A DNA stretch of 64,000 nt from Candidatus Omnitrophota bacterium (GCA_903944345.1 CAJARJ010000012.1:4266-68265), one strand, 5' to 3'; shown: positions 1 through 11,621, numbered from the stretch's first letter. Program-made: numbers and translations. The notes: generated by a model from the letters alone, not told the origin.

Positions 1-1196
1 AATGCGGCACCGTTGTAAATATGCTCCAGGCCCTGCTCAATAAGACCATCCATCTGGAGCACCTCAATGCCTGCAGTTTTAAGAAAATCCATGGGTTTGC
101 TTCCTACAGCATTAACAAGAACGGCCCGGCAATCTTTAAAGGTGTCTGCCATCTGTTGCCAACGATCATCTCCCGCCCCTGCTGGCGGAGCCGGACGGCT
201 TTCAACCAACTCAAACCCTGAATCAGCCTGGGTAAAGACCAGAAATTCTTCTGCACGACCAAGATGCTGATTAACCAGAACGCCCTCCATGCTGGCCACT
301 GCCACATAGGGGCGCTTATCCTGCGGGTTAAGCGGAAGTCTTGCACACTCCTGCAGATCATTGACCGATTGCAAGTCCATTTCTCGTCCGATAATACCGA
401 CAGCATCTGCCCGACAACGGGCACAATGGCGCATCTGCGGCAGAAATTTGGCGGCCATGGCGCGCGCCGCCTCGTGAACAGCGGGCGAAGGCGCTGCCCG
501 TCCGCCAAACTCGGAACCCGGTGCCGGAATAAATGCCATGCAATTAAAGATATCTGCCCCCAAATCTGCAACAACCTTTGCAACGTCACCCGCGCTTTGA
601 TCGTTCACGCCAGGGATCAGAATAAAATTGATTTTAACAATCACTCCACGGGCTTTAAGCAGTTTTATGCCTTCAAGCTGTCGCTTGAGGAGAAGCTCGG
701 CACCCTCGGCACCCCGAAAGACTCGTTTTCCATCCCTGATCCATTGGTATATACCCGCACCAACCAGTGGATCAACCGCATTGACTGTTACAGTGACGTG
801 ACTTACCAGAAGATCGGCGATTCTATCTACATATTCTGGCAAAGCCAGTCCGTTGGTGGCCAGGCACAAAAGCATCTGCGGATAACGCTTGCGCACCAGC
901 TCCAGAGTGGTGAATGTTTCAACAGGATTGGCCAAAGGATCGCCGGGTCCGGCGATTCCTACAACAGAAAGATTATCCAATCGTGCGGTAACTCTTTCCA
1001 AATATGACAATGCCTGCCCTGGTGAAAGTACAACACTTGAGACTCCCGGGCGGCTTTCGTTGACACAATCATATTTACGGTCACAAAAATTGCACTGAAT
1101 GTTGCATTTGGGAGCAACGGGTAAATGCACCCGGCTGCTGGTATGTCGGGCGCTATCATCGAAGCAAGGGTGTCCTGCCCATGGTCTGGTCTTCAT
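1..1196 (-). CDS. nifB: FeMo-cofactor biosynthesis radical SAM protein NifB (runs off window edge)
   Basis: Not in the ORF track. Manual translation from ATG at 1196 gives MKTRPWAGHPCFDDSARHTSSRVHLPVAPKCNIQCNFCDRKYDCVNESRPG (CxxxCxxC). C-terminal NifX-like VNQHLGRAEEF near 240-275. RBS gaaagga upstream. Confidence 0.95.
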   Translation of the reverse strand, partial: MKTRPWAGHPCFDDSARHTSSRVHLPVAPKCNIQCNFCDRKYDCVNESRPGVSSVVLSPGQALSYLERVTARLDNLSVVGIAGPGDPLANPVETFTTLELVRKRYPQMLLCLATNGLALPEYVDRIADLLVSHVTVTVNAVDPLVGAGIYQWIRDGKRVFRGAEGAELLLKRQLEGIKLLKARGVIVKINFILIPGVNDQSAGDVAKVVADLGADIFNCMAFIPAPGSEFGGRAAPSPAVHEAARAMAAKFLPQMRHCARCRADAVGIIGREMDLQSVNDLQECARLPLNPQDKRPYVAVASMEGVLVNQHLGRAEEFLVFTQADSGFELVESRPAPPAGAGDDRWQQMADTFKDCRAVLVNAVGSKPMDFLKTAGIEVLQMDGLIEQGLEHIYNGAA

Positions 1197-1210
1197 TGGA
1201 TTATCCTTTC

Positions 1211-2581
1211 TTACAAGTAACTGTAGCCTACCTGTGAATCATCCTGCTTCTTGTCCAGGAGGGCGTTGACAATCCTGTCGTATAGTTCCAGCGCACCGCG
1301 GTATCCGTAATGAAGTATTCTTTGCGCCCCGATCCGGTCATGAACAGGAAATCCCACCCTGATCAAAGGCACATCAAGCTGCCGGGCGATATGATATCCC
1401 TTGCTGTTCCCTATCAGGATATCCGGACGCAGGCGTTTTGCTGATTCGGCGATACCGGCAAAGTCCTCATCATCAGCCGTTTCAATCCTGCCTTGCAGTT
1501 CAGGAATACGTTCCGCCAACAGCCGACGCAGATGACCGCTTTTCCCGCCCGAGGCACACAGAACAGGGATAATGCCAATTTCAGACAAAAAAGTCGCCAG
1601 CCCCAGAACCAGGTCTTCTTCACCGTAGACAAAAGCTTTCTTCTCGAATACATACTTGTGTCCGTCAACCATCGCATCTGTCAACCTGCCGCGTTCATAC
1701 AGATATTTTTCGGTAAGGGACGTACCGGAGATTTTTTCCAGCACACGCATAAATTCGTCTGTTTCACGGATTCCGACCGGCATTCCCAATGGGTGATGCG
1801 CCACCGCAGATCCATAACGCAGGAATTCTCCGGCTGTTTGCTCCTGGGCAACACAGGCTATCCGACCCAAAGTCAACGAGGCAGCAGACGAGCTCATGGA
1901 AGCAATCTCTTTAACAGAAGTACCTCCTGCGGGCAAAGCCCGGTATTCAGGCCACCCCGGGCCGTCCATGGTCTGGGAGTAATCGGGAAGAAAAACAGCG
2001 GAAAGACCAAAATCAGCAACAATCTCCTTTAAATACCGCAGGTCCGCGGGAGAACAAATACCAGGGAATATATTGATTTGATTCGGTCTTTCCGGAACAT
2101 TCTTTCTATCCGCCAGCCGCCTGACCACTGCGCGCGTTGCTGCCCAGAAACCTTCTGCATGAGATCCCGCATAGCTCGGTGTTGAAACATGCACCAGAAC
2201 AGGCGCACCGTTCAGAGAGTCTTCAGGAATGTTGCGCAGAATTCCAGCCATATCTTCACCGATTGTTTCCGAAAGACAAGTGGTCGCAATACCAATAACA
2301 TCGGGATGATACTGGGTTGCAATATTGGCAAGAGCTGCGGCAAGATTTTTCTCGCCGCCAAAGATAGCAGTCTCTTCGCTGAAGTTGGAAGAAGCGATAT
2401 CAACCGGTTCGCGAAAATGGCTTATAAGATATCGCCGGATGTAAGTCGAACAGCCCTGAGAACCATGTAAAAGAGGAACCGCGCCCTCAATACCTTTAAA
2501 CACAAGAGCGGCTCCCAGCGGAGCGCATAATTTGCACGGATTACGGGTAGAGACAAAATTTTTTCTCAGTGCGCCTTGCAT
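1211..2581 (-). CDS. nifN: Nitrogenase FeMo-cofactor scaffold subunit NifN
   Basis: NPCKLCAPLGA, LHGSQGCSTYIRRYLISHFREP, TTCLSETIG; lies downstream of nifE. Confidence 0.92.
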   Translation of the reverse strand: MQGALRKNFVSTRNPCKLCAPLGAALVFKGIEGAVPLLHGSQGCSTYIRRYLISHFREPVDIASSNFSEETAIFGGEKNLAAALANIATQYHPDVIGIATTCLSETIGEDMAGILRNIPEDSLNGAPVLVHVSTPSYAGSHAEGFWAATRAVVRRLADRKNVPERPNQINIFPGICSPADLRYLKEIVADFGLSAVFLPDYSQTMDGPGWPEYRALPAGGTSVKEIASMSSSAASLTLGRIACVAQEQTAGEFLRYGSAVAHHPLGMPVGIRETDEFMRVLEKISGTSLTEKYLYERGRLTDAMVDGHKYVFEKKAFVYGEEDLVLGLATFLSEIGIIPVLCASGGKSGHLRRLLAERIPELQGRIETADDEDFAGIAESAKRLRPDILIGNSKGYHIARQLDVPLIRVGFPVHDRIGAQRILHYGYRGALELYDRIVNALLDKKQDDSQVGYSYL

Positions 2582-3960
2582 ACAACAGTCTCCCTGAAAG
2601 GAATATAGTCACCACCGCGACGAGATGAAAATCGCCAGACCGGACTCATCACCGATGAATAGACTTCCCGGGCAAAGTTTCTCATACCGACAAAACCGGC
2701 TAATGCTTCCTTGCGCTCATGATTGTGATCACAGAAGCCAACACCTACCTTGTAGGCAATGGGACGTTCCTTGACTCCGCCAATAAGCAGATCGACATCT
2801 TTTTCCTTAATAAATTTCGACAATTCCAGTGGATTGGCATCGTCAATGATCACAGTTCCCGGATCACATAGATCCTGCAGCTGAGCATAGTCTTTCGGAT
2901 TTCCGGTTTGCGAACCGGCCAGAACAGTTTTCATCCCCAGGAGTCTGAGCGCGCGAACCAGCGACACCGCCTTGAATGCTCCTCCGACATAAATTGCGGC
3001 TTTTTTCCCGTTCAAAGCCGTACGGTAAGCTCTGAGTTCCGGCATCAAAGCGGCCACTTCAGTTTGAACAATAACTTTAGCTTTTTCTAGAATTTGAGGA
3101 TACGCCGGGAAGAACTCTGCAACCTGGTAAAGGGCATCGGCCATATCTTCAATCCCAAAATAGGAAACCTTGATATAAGGTATTGAGTAGGTTTGTTTCA
3201 TGTGTTCTGCCAGCTTCGTCATTGATCCTGAGCACTGCACGACATTCAGCTTCGCACCATGCGCCTTGCGGATATCATCTACCCTGCCGTCGCCAGTGAT
3301 AGTAGAAACAACCTCGATGCCCATCTTCTGGTAGTATTCCTTGATCATCCAGATTTCGCCGGCCAGATTGAAATCTCCCAGAATATTGATCGAACAAGGC
3401 CCGACTCCCTGGGTTGATCCGGTTCCTGTCAGACGCGCAAGCGCATCACAGGCTGCCTGATAGCCGTCTTTCTTTGTGCCTCTGAACCCTTCTGAATGCA
3501 CCGGAAGAACAGTTATCCCTTTTTCCAGAGTGACTCTTTTACAAACCGCTTCAACATCATCACCAATCAGCCCGACAATACAGGTGGCATAAACAAAAGC
3601 TGCCTTGGGCTGATAGGTATCGATAAGCTCCACCAGAGCTGAATATAATTTGTCAGCACCGCCAAAAACAACGTCCCGTTCCTGCAGATCAGTCGAAAAA
3701 CTCATCCGATGCAACTGTCCGCCAGAGGATAAAGAACCTCGAATATCCCAGGTATAGGCCGCACACCCCACAGGGCCATGAACAAGATGGAGTGCATCGG
3801 CAATAGGATAAAGCACCACCCTTGAGCCACAAAAGACGCAAGCCCGCTGACTTACCGATCCGGCCAGGCTTTTTTTCTCGCAGAGAATCTTGAGTTCTTC
3901 TCCTGCGCTGACTTGACCAATCTGGCGCTCACGCTCTTTTAAAATACGCATTTCTGCCAT
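2566..3960 (-). CDS. nifE: Nitrogenase FeMo-cofactor scaffold subunit NifE
   Basis: SQRACVFCGSRVVL, HLVHGPVGCAAYTWD, FCDHNHER. Confidence 0.95.
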   Translation of the reverse strand: MAEMRILKERERQIGQVSAGEELKILCEKKSLAGSVSQRACVFCGSRVVLYPIADALHLVHGPVGCAAYTWDIRGSLSSGGQLHRMSFSTDLQERDVVFGGADKLYSALVELIDTYQPKAAFVYATCIVGLIGDDVEAVCKRVTLEKGITVLPVHSEGFRGTKKDGYQAACDALARLTGTGSTQGVGPCSINILGDFNLAGEIWMIKEYYQKMGIEVVSTITGDGRVDDIRKAHGAKLNVVQCSGSMTKLAEHMKQTYSIPYIKVSYFGIEDMADALYQVAEFFPAYPQILEKAKVIVQTEVAALMPELRAYRTALNGKKAAIYVGGAFKAVSLVRALRLLGMKTVLAGSQTGNPKDYAQLQDLCDPGTVIIDDANPLELSKFIKEKDVDLLIGGVKERPIAYKVGVGFCDHNHERKEALAGFVGMRNFAREVYSSVMSPVWRFSSRRGGDYIPFRETVVCKAH

Positions 3961-3976
3961 ACTTTTGTCTTCTTTC

Positions 3977-5356
3977 CTAGAACGTCAACTCAAACTTTTC
4001 CTCGGGAGCCTTACGATCGCGTTCATCAAGCAGGGCGTTCAGGAGTTTCTCAACCAGTCGTATTGCCCCCATGTAACCAACATTAGGGAAATAGGAATGT
4101 CCAACCCGGTCCATGATAGGAAAACCAAAACGAATCAAAGGTATGTTTTCGTCCCGGGAAATATATTTTCCCCAGGTATTACCAATAAGAAGATCAACCG
4201 GCTCATTCTTGATCCACTGGTGCAAAAGAAACATGTCGGCCTGGGCCCCCTGACGAAATTTAGCCCCGGGCACTCCTTTGAGAACCTCCGCCATCCGCTC
4301 ATCGAAATACTTCCCAGGGGTTCCGGTGACCACATAAACCGGCTGCATCCCGATATCCACCAGAAACTCGCAAAGCGGGACTAACTGATCCGGATCGCCG
4401 TACAACGCCACTCGCTTATTATAAAAATACTGCTCGTTATCAGTCAGAATGTCGACCAGTCGACCGCGCTCCCGTTCAATGCTCTCGGGGACAGCTACAC
4501 CGGCGGCTTCGCTTAAGGTTTTAATAAAACGATCTGTGGCCGCAAGGCCAACAGGAATATCCAATTCGTATAGTTTGACCTTGCACTTGGCGTTCAACAA
4601 TTCGCCGGCGGGGACAGAAGCGTCATGACCAAGAGCCAGAGTGGCCAGACTGTCACCTGTAGCCCGAAGCTCGTCAATAGTTGTTCCTCCGGTTCCATAC
4701 ATATCAAACTGGCCATTTTGCGGACGATCCATAGTCTCGGACGTATCCGGGAACATAATGCTGGCAACTCCCATTTCAACAGCCAGCCTTTTGATCTCCC
4801 GCATATCGGAGGGTTCTACCCAGCCCGGTATAATATTGACCTTGTTGTCCTTTACCCCGGTCGTGAGTGAAAAATATTTCACCATGCTTTTGACCATATT
4901 GGCAAAACCGGTCACATGCGAACCGATATAGCTGGGCGTATTGGCATGAATAATATATTTGTCAGCAGGGATCTTGCCCTCTTCGGCTGCTTTGGCAATG
5001 ATCTGAACAATATCATCCCCTATAGTTTCGGAAAGGCAGGTTGTATGGACTGCTATGACATCCGGTTTATAAAGCGAAAAGATGTTTTCGACCGAAGTCA
5101 GCAGGTTGGCCTGTCCGCCAAAAACCGCCGAACCCTCAGTAAAGGAGCTGGTCGTCGCCATAACCGGTTCTTTAAAATGCCGTGTCAGCATGCTGCGATG
5201 ATACGAACAGCATCCCTGCGAACCATGGCTGTGCGGCAAACAATTATGGATTCCCAACGCCGCATACATCGCCCCGATTGGCTGACAGGTTTTGGCAGGA
5301 TTAATAGTAAGCGCTTCGCGCTCTTTGATATCTTTTGGTGTATGTCGAAGCAACAT
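3977..5356 (-). CDS. nifK: Nitrogenase MoFe protein beta chain
   Basis: INPAKTCQPIGA, HGSQGCCSYHR, HTTCLSETIGDD; start re-called at MLLRHTPK after a GGAGG RBS. Confidence 0.96.
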   Translation of the reverse strand: MLLRHTPKDIKEREALTINPAKTCQPIGAMYAALGIHNCLPHSHGSQGCCSYHRSMLTRHFKEPVMATTSSFTEGSAVFGGQANLLTSVENIFSLYKPDVIAVHTTCLSETIGDDIVQIIAKAAEEGKIPADKYIIHANTPSYIGSHVTGFANMVKSMVKYFSLTTGVKDNKVNIIPGWVEPSDMREIKRLAVEMGVASIMFPDTSETMDRPQNGQFDMYGTGGTTIDELRATGDSLATLALGHDASVPAGELLNAKCKVKLYELDIPVGLAATDRFIKTLSEAAGVAVPESIERERGRLVDILTDNEQYFYNKRVALYGDPDQLVPLCEFLVDIGMQPVYVVTGTPGKYFDERMAEVLKGVPGAKFRQGAQADMFLLHQWIKNEPVDLLIGNTWGKYISRDENIPLIRFGFPIMDRVGHSYFPNVGYMGAIRLVEKLLNALLDERDRKAPEEKFELTF

Positions 5357-5364
5357 ATGCCCTC

Positions 5365-6999
5365 CTAATTCGTCTCGTTGATAAAGACTGCTGCCAAAGG
5401 TTCCTGTTTGTGCCACGGAGCACGGATATGCTTCCAGACGCGAGTATTTAACATCCGCTCGACATCGCGATAGAAATTGATTGCGCCTTCAAAGGAGGCA
5501 TAGGGTCCGCCATAATCATAGTTATGCAGTTGCTTTAACGGCATCCCCATTTTCTGAATGACGTATTTCTCCTTTATTCCGGCACAAAATATATCCGGTT
5601 TGTATTTTTCGATGATCAGCTCGGTCTCAAAGTGATTAATATCATCAATGACCAGCGTACCGGCATCCATCTCGGGCATCATGCCTTTATAATCCCTGAA
5701 CTCGAAGCCCTTGGCGGCCATGGCATCCAACTGCTCTTTTGTTTTCCGGGCACGAAACTCGCTGGGGTGAGGTTCGACATGCAATTCTTCAATATTGCGG
5801 CTGTCCGCATCGACCTTGATATCCGGAATGACGACTCGTCCCTCATAATCGTCACGATGCGCAAATTCATAACCGGCAGCGAGCACTTTCATGCCCATTT
5901 CCTTGAATAGTTCCTGATAATGATGTGCCCGTGACCCACCCACAAAAAGCATGGCTGTTTTGCCTTCCACTCTTGGTCTGATAACGGCCAGCTCTGCTTT
6001 GACCTTTTCCATCTCTTCGGCAATAACACGTTCAACTTTCTTTTTGAGCTCGGCATCTTCGAAGTAATCGGCTATCTTGCGCAGTGACTTGGCGCTAGCC
6101 TCTGCACCAATGAAGTTCACCTTGAACCAGGGCACCCCGTATTTCTTTTCGATCATATCGGCAACATAATTAATGGAACGGTGGCACATAACAACAACAA
6201 GATCAGCCAGATGTGCAGAGGCAAACTGCTCGTAAGTGGAGTTACCACTAAAAGTTGCTACCAAAGTAATACCGCATTTGGTAAACAGTTCTTCCAATGC
6301 AAAAGCATCGCCGCCGATGTTATATTCACCCAGCATCGCAACCTTGAACTTGCCTTTGGGACAGGTAGTCCCTTTCCCAACCACATGTTTAAAAAGCTGA
6401 TTATTGGCAATATGATGGCCTGCGGACTGACTTACTCCTTTGTACCCCTCGCAACTAAAACCAAAGACATTGGCCCCTGTTTTCTCGCTCATCTCTCTGG
6501 AAACGGCATGAACATCATCTCCGATCAGTCCGATAGGACAGGTGGAAAAAACGCCAACAGCCTTGGGATGGAAAATATCAACAGCCTCTTCGATTGCTTT
6601 TTTGAGTTTCTTCTCACCGCCAAAGATGATGTTTTCATCCTGCATATCAGTTGAAAGACAATAGGTCATGAAATTGTCATCAGTTTCACTCTCGGGACGG
6701 GTCTGGTTTCGTCTGGTCAGCCAGGAATAGAAACCGCAGCCGATCGGTCCATGCGTAATATTAAGAATATTACGCGTCGGGCCGAGCACCACGCCCTTGC
6801 AGCCGGCATAAGAGCATCCGCGCTGGGTGATAATGCCGGGCAAAGTGCGCACATTGGCCTGGATTTCCTGCCTGGGCTCCTGCTCGGGTTCATTAACGAC
6901 AAACTGCTTTTGTCTTTTGCGCGCCGTCTTTGTGGGATAAGCGCTCAGCATTTCGTCTTTTACCGACTGTGCTGACTTGATATCGTTTTGTGCCGACAT
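5365..6999 (-). CDS. nifD: Nitrogenase MoFe protein alpha chain (group II, with insertion)
   Basis: RGCSYAGCKGVV, HGPIGC, FeMoco ligands in VMCHRSINY and KQLHNYDYGGPY; 544 aa. Confidence 0.97.
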   Translation of the reverse strand: MSAQNDIKSAQSVKDEMLSAYPTKTARKRQKQFVVNEPEQEPRQEIQANVRTLPGIITQRGCSYAGCKGVVLGPTRNILNITHGPIGCGFYSWLTRRNQTRPESETDDNFMTYCLSTDMQDENIIFGGEKKLKKAIEEAVDIFHPKAVGVFSTCPIGLIGDDVHAVSREMSEKTGANVFGFSCEGYKGVSQSAGHHIANNQLFKHVVGKGTTCPKGKFKVAMLGEYNIGGDAFALEELFTKCGITLVATFSGNSTYEQFASAHLADLVVVMCHRSINYVADMIEKKYGVPWFKVNFIGAEASAKSLRKIADYFEDAELKKKVERVIAEEMEKVKAELAVIRPRVEGKTAMLFVGGSRAHHYQELFKEMGMKVLAAGYEFAHRDDYEGRVVIPDIKVDADSRNIEELHVEPHPSEFRARKTKEQLDAMAAKGFEFRDYKGMMPEMDAGTLVIDDINHFETELIIEKYKPDIFCAGIKEKYVIQKMGMPLKQLHNYDYGGPYASFEGAINFYRDVERMLNTRVWKHIRAPWHKQEPLAAVFINETN

Positions 7000-7051
7000 A
7001 GGTCACTCCTTCAGATCGTTTGATTCTCTGTTTACCCCGCAGCCCCAGGCC

Positions 7052-7435
7052 TTATTCATCCAGCACCTTGTCACCCGATTCGCCTGTTCGGACTCTGTAT
7101 GACTCCAGAATGGGAAGAACAAAAATCTTGCCGTCACCGGGTTTCCCGGTCTGATTAGCCTTGATGATGACGTCCACCGTCTTCTTGACCAGACTGTCCG
7201 GGACAACAACAGTTATAAGACGCTTGGGGATCAATCGCGGCCCGTTGGCATTCAGCTGGGAAATGGCTTCTTCCCGTCCCTCCTGTGCTCCGCTAAGAAT
7301 TCTGAAATCGACATTTCCTTTGCCGCGGCCTAAAACGCGGCCGGTCGCAGTCATCGAAGTGATCCCTGCCGCTTCCAGCGCCTTCTTGGTTTCATTCATC
7401 TTGTTAATACGAATGATCGCCATTATGTCTTTCAT
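7052..7435 (-). CDS. nifI2: PII-family nitrogenase regulator NifI2
   Basis: MKDIMAIIRINKMNETKKAL, GRGKG, GKPGDGKIFV; between nifH and nifD. Confidence 0.9.
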   Translation of the reverse strand: MKDIMAIIRINKMNETKKALEAAGITSMTATGRVLGRGKGNVDFRILSGAQEGREEAISQLNANGPRLIPKRLITVVVPDSLVKKTVDVIIKANQTGKPGDGKIFVLPILESYRVRTGESGDKVLDE

Positions 7436-7447
7436 GTTTAGTCTCCG

Positions 7448-7786
7448 TTATTCATCTTTCTTGCCGGTACTGACGGTATAAACCTCTTCAACCGGAGAAA
7501 CGAATACTTTGCCATCACCGAAATTTCCCTTGGCTCCGGTCCGGGCCGCCTCCATGATGCGCTGGACAACAAATTCCTTGTCTGCCGCCGGAATAACTGT
7601 CATCAGAAGTTCTTTGGGCAGTTCGTCATAATGAATATCGCCAACCTTTAAACCTCTTTGTTTGCCGCGACCAAAAACTGAAACTTTGGTGACTGCCGGA
7701 TAACCTGCATCCAGCAAAGTTGCAAGCACCGCATCCGCCTTCTCGGGTCTTACAATAGAACGAACGAGTATATGTCCCATGACCAT
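7448..7786 (-). CDS. nifI1: PII-family nitrogenase regulator NifI1
   Basis: IVRPEK, GRGKQRG, YDELPKE, GNFGDGKVFVSPV. Confidence 0.9.
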   Translation of the reverse strand: MVMGHILVRSIVRPEKADAVLATLLDAGYPAVTKVSVFGRGKQRGLKVGDIHYDELPKELLMTVIPAADKEFVVQRIMEAARTGAKGNFGDGKVFVSPVEEVYTVSTGKKDE

Positions 7787-7797
7787 CCCTCCTGTAT

Positions 7798-8748
<951 letters not shown>

Positions 8749-8869
8749 GTCTATTCTTTGCATTCAGCACAAAAGAATGACTCAAACCGAAACTGATGCT
8801 CTTTACGGCTTACACTGATACAAGTAGAAAAGATATGTTTTGGTAAGTGGTAAAGCGAAAAAAAGAGGA

Positions 8870-9103
8870 TTATTTTGCTGTCGGGGCACCAGAGGAGCTG
8901 GATACTGCAATTTTGTTCCTGAAGTATACCCTTAGGAGGTTAATACCCCATACACCGCCACCAAGAAGAAGTGCGCCGCCCAGACCAGAAAGGCATCCGA
9001 CTGAAGGTCTTCCGCAGCAGGGACATACAGAAGAGGTAAGATAAAAAGACGAGGATATTACGCCCAACTGAACAGAGCTTTTATCAAAAAAATGCTGCTT
9101 CAT
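8870..9103 (-). CDS. Small Cys-rich (CPCCG) membrane protein, 77 aa
   Basis: ATGA overlap with the permease stop; CPCCGRPSVGC followed by a Gly-rich hydrophobic helix. Confidence 0.55.
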   Translation of the reverse strand: MKQHFFDKSSVQLGVISSSFYLTSSVCPCCGRPSVGCLSGLGGALLLGGGVWGINLLRVYFRNKIAVSSSSGAPTAK

Positions 9104-9912
9104 TTCCGGCCTCGTATAAAAAAGACAACAATAAAGATCACAAAATTGGCACACACGATCGTAGCCCCTGAAGGAAGATTCCAAATATAGGAAACAAAAA
9201 TTCCCGTAATAACAGATACAACCGAAAAAACTGCCGCCAGCAAGATCGCCGCCCTGAAATTGGTAGCTACAAAAAGAGCGCTGACCGCAGGAAAAACAAT
9301 CAGGCTTGAGACCAGCATGGTTCCTACAACCTTGATCCCTAAAACAACTGTCAGAGCCGTAAGGACAATGAGTATTCTGTTAACCAGTCCCGTTCTGATC
9401 CCTGATACCTGTGCATGATCCTGATCAAAAGTCACAGCAAACAGATCGTGATAAAAGAATCTTACCAGGCCCATGATCACAAGAGAAAGAATTACCGACA
9501 GAATGACTTCTGTCTGACTGACAGAAAGAATATTCCCGAAAAGATAACTGAAAAGATCCACATTAAACCCTCCCGCCACACTGGCAATGAGAACCCCGAT
9601 GGCCACGCCCATCGCGGAAAGAAGGCCTATGGCAGCATCTCCATAAAGCAAGGATTTCTCGGTCAGTCGCAAGACCAGCAAGGCGGCCAAAACAACCAGC
9701 GGAAGTGATATAAAAATCGGGGTGACATGTACCAGAAGCCCAATGGCAATCGTTGCAAAACTTATATGCGCCAGGCCGTCTCCAATCAAGGCAAAACGCT
9801 TGAGAACAAGAAAGACGCCAAGGAATGCACAGCAAAGCGCCACAAAGCACCCGGCAATAAGGGCTCTCTGGATAAACGCGAATTGTAAAGCTTCCCGAAT
9901 ATCAGTGAACAT
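9100..9912 (-). CDS. znuB: Zn/Mn ABC transporter permease (ZnuB-like)
   Basis: LIGDGLAHISF, YLFGNILSV, multiple TM segments. Confidence 0.88.
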   Translation of the reverse strand: MFTDIREALQFAFIQRALIAGCFVALCCAFLGVFLVLKRFALIGDGLAHISFATIAIGLLVHVTPIFISLPLVVLAALLVLRLTEKSLLYGDAAIGLLSAMGVAIGVLIASVAGGFNVDLFSYLFGNILSVSQTEVILSVILSLVIMGLVRFFYHDLFAVTFDQDHAQVSGIRTGLVNRILIVLTALTVVLGIKVVGTMLVSSLIVFPAVSALFVATNFRAAILLAAVFSVVSVITGIFVSYIWNLPSGATIVCANFVIFIVVFFIRGRK

Positions 9913-9914
9913 AA

Positions 9915-10667
9915 TCAACCGTGCCTGTGGCAAATCAGATGTTGTCCTGCACCGAAATAACGGGTCATGTCCGGGGAATGACAGAAATTATCAAACGATC
10001 CGAAAAAGACCACCTTCTTGTCCAGATAGAGAAGCTTGCTGGCGTATTTCCCCATAGTGACCGGATCGTGCGAAACAAAAAGGATGGTCGTCTTTTGTGT
10101 CTTGTTGATCTTTTGCAGCAATACGTAAAACATTTCTCGTGTTGCTGGATCAAGGGCAGTTGTAGGCTCATCCAGAAAAAGCAGTTCCGGAGCATGCACC
10201 AGCGCTCTGGCCAGCAGCACGCGTTGCTGCTGCCCTCCGGACAAGCGCCCGATCATGCGCGTGCGAAGATCCGCAATCCCCAGATCTTTTAGTATATCGG
10301 CCACACGATCCCGATCAGAAGATGTCATTTCTTTAGGATAAGGACGAGAAGCTATAAGCCCGGCCGCCACGACCTCATCGACATTGGCCGGAAAGCGCTG
10401 ATCCAGATGAGTAATACGTTGCGGAAGATACCCGATCTTTTTCCAATCTTTAAATTCCTGCTGCTCCTTGCCAAAAAGAACAACCTGACCGGAAGCCAGC
10501 GGCAAAAGACCCAGTACAGCGCGAACCAGTGTCGTTTTGCCTGATCCGTTGGGTCCGACAATACCGATGTAGTCGCCTGCATTGACCACAAGATCAATCT
10601 GGCTCAAGACTTCGGCCCCCTGATACATTACGCAAAGACTTTTAACATCGAGAGGAATTATTGACAC
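9915..10667 (-). CDS. znuC: Zn/Mn ABC transporter ATPase (ZnuC-like)
   Basis: GPNGSGKTT, LSGGQQQR, LDEPT, C-terminal HLICHRH. Confidence 0.88.
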   Translation of the reverse strand: MSIIPLDVKSLCVMYQGAEVLSQIDLVVNAGDYIGIVGPNGSGKTTLVRAVLGLLPLASGQVVLFGKEQQEFKDWKKIGYLPQRITHLDQRFPANVDEVVAAGLIASRPYPKEMTSSDRDRVADILKDLGIADLRTRMIGRLSGGQQQRVLLARALVHAPELLFLDEPTTALDPATREMFYVLLQKINKTQKTTILFVSHDPVTMGKYASKLLYLDKKVVFFGSFDNFCHSPDMTRYFGAGQHLICHRHG

Positions 10668-11617
10668 TCAAGCCCTTCCTTCAGTTTGGGCAGATTAGCT
10701 TCCATAATCTTCAGATAAGAAAGACTCGCTATTTTGTCCTTAGCAACATTGTGCGCTCCGTGGAGCAATTCAAGACGGGCGCCCGTTTCACCCGAGATCA
10801 TGCGCGCCACTTTGGGGTCGATCAACTCCTCATAATAAATCGTGTTAGAGCCAACAGACTTGATCGTATCAATGATCTCCTTGATGCTTTTAGGAGCCGG
10901 TTCCGCATCAGGGGAAAACCCTTTATAAGGAGAAACGTGGTCCAGATCGTAACGTTTAGCGAAGTAACCGAACGCAAAATGCCCGGCGTAAATGATCGTC
11001 CTGATCTGACACATGGATAAGGTTGCCGCGAAACGGGCATCCAGGTCTTTCAGCCTGGCCTTGTAGCTTTCAGCATTTGCCTGATAAAACGCGCTGTTGA
11101 GCGGATCTTTCTGAGAAAACGCCTGCGCGATCGTATCAACCATGGTCTGCGCCAACACCGGGTCAAGCCAGATGTGCGGGTCTTTCCCTTCATGACCATG
11201 ATGGGCATGCCCTTCTGGAGGCTCTTCTCCGTGCTCTTCTCCCTGCGCTTCTCCATGCTCTTCTTCATCCATCAAAGAGATCCCCGTGCTGGTATCAACC
11301 GCAACAAGCCCCTTGTTGGTCACACCTTTAAGCAGATCTGCGGCCCATGGCTCCATGAACTGGCCTGTATAAAGAAACACATCGGCCTTATTGAGCCTGA
11401 CAATATCCTGCGGTCTGGGTTCAAAAGTATGCGCTTCAACTCCCGGGGGCAACAGCATGCTTGCATCAATCCTGTCACCACCAACTTCCCGGGCAAAATC
11501 ATACAAAGGGAAAATCGTAGCGACAACCTTCAGCTTTTGATCAGCCGATGTGAAGGGAACAACAAATAGCAGGATAAACAGCGTGATGGACAACATTGCT
11601 GCAAACTGTTTCAACAT
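10658..11617 (-). CDS. znuA: Zn ABC transporter substrate-binding protein (ZnuA/AdcA-like)
   Basis: Signal peptide, EAHTFEP, His/Glu-rich loop, DPHIWLDP. Confidence 0.9.
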   Translation of the reverse strand: MLKQFAAMLSITLFILLFVVPFTSADQKLKVVATIFPLYDFAREVGGDRIDASMLLPPGVEAHTFEPRPQDIVRLNKADVFLYTGQFMEPWAADLLKGVTNKGLVAVDTSTGISLMDEEEHGEAQGEEHGEEPPEGHAHHGHEGKDPHIWLDPVLAQTMVDTIAQAFSQKDPLNSAFYQANAESYKARLKDLDARFAATLSMCQIRTIIYAGHFAFGYFAKRYDLDHVSPYKGFSPDAEPAPKSIKEIIDTIKSVGSNTIYYEELIDPKVARMISGETGARLELLHGAHNVAKDKIASLSYLKIMEANLPKLKEGLECQ

Positions 11618-11621
11618 AAAC

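Noticed and set aside
264-1007. 247-aa plus-strand ORF and other long antisense ORFs (e.g. 29523-30386, 38955-39812, 54682-55443)
   Set aside because: Antisense shadows of well-supported minus-strand genes; no recognisable motifs
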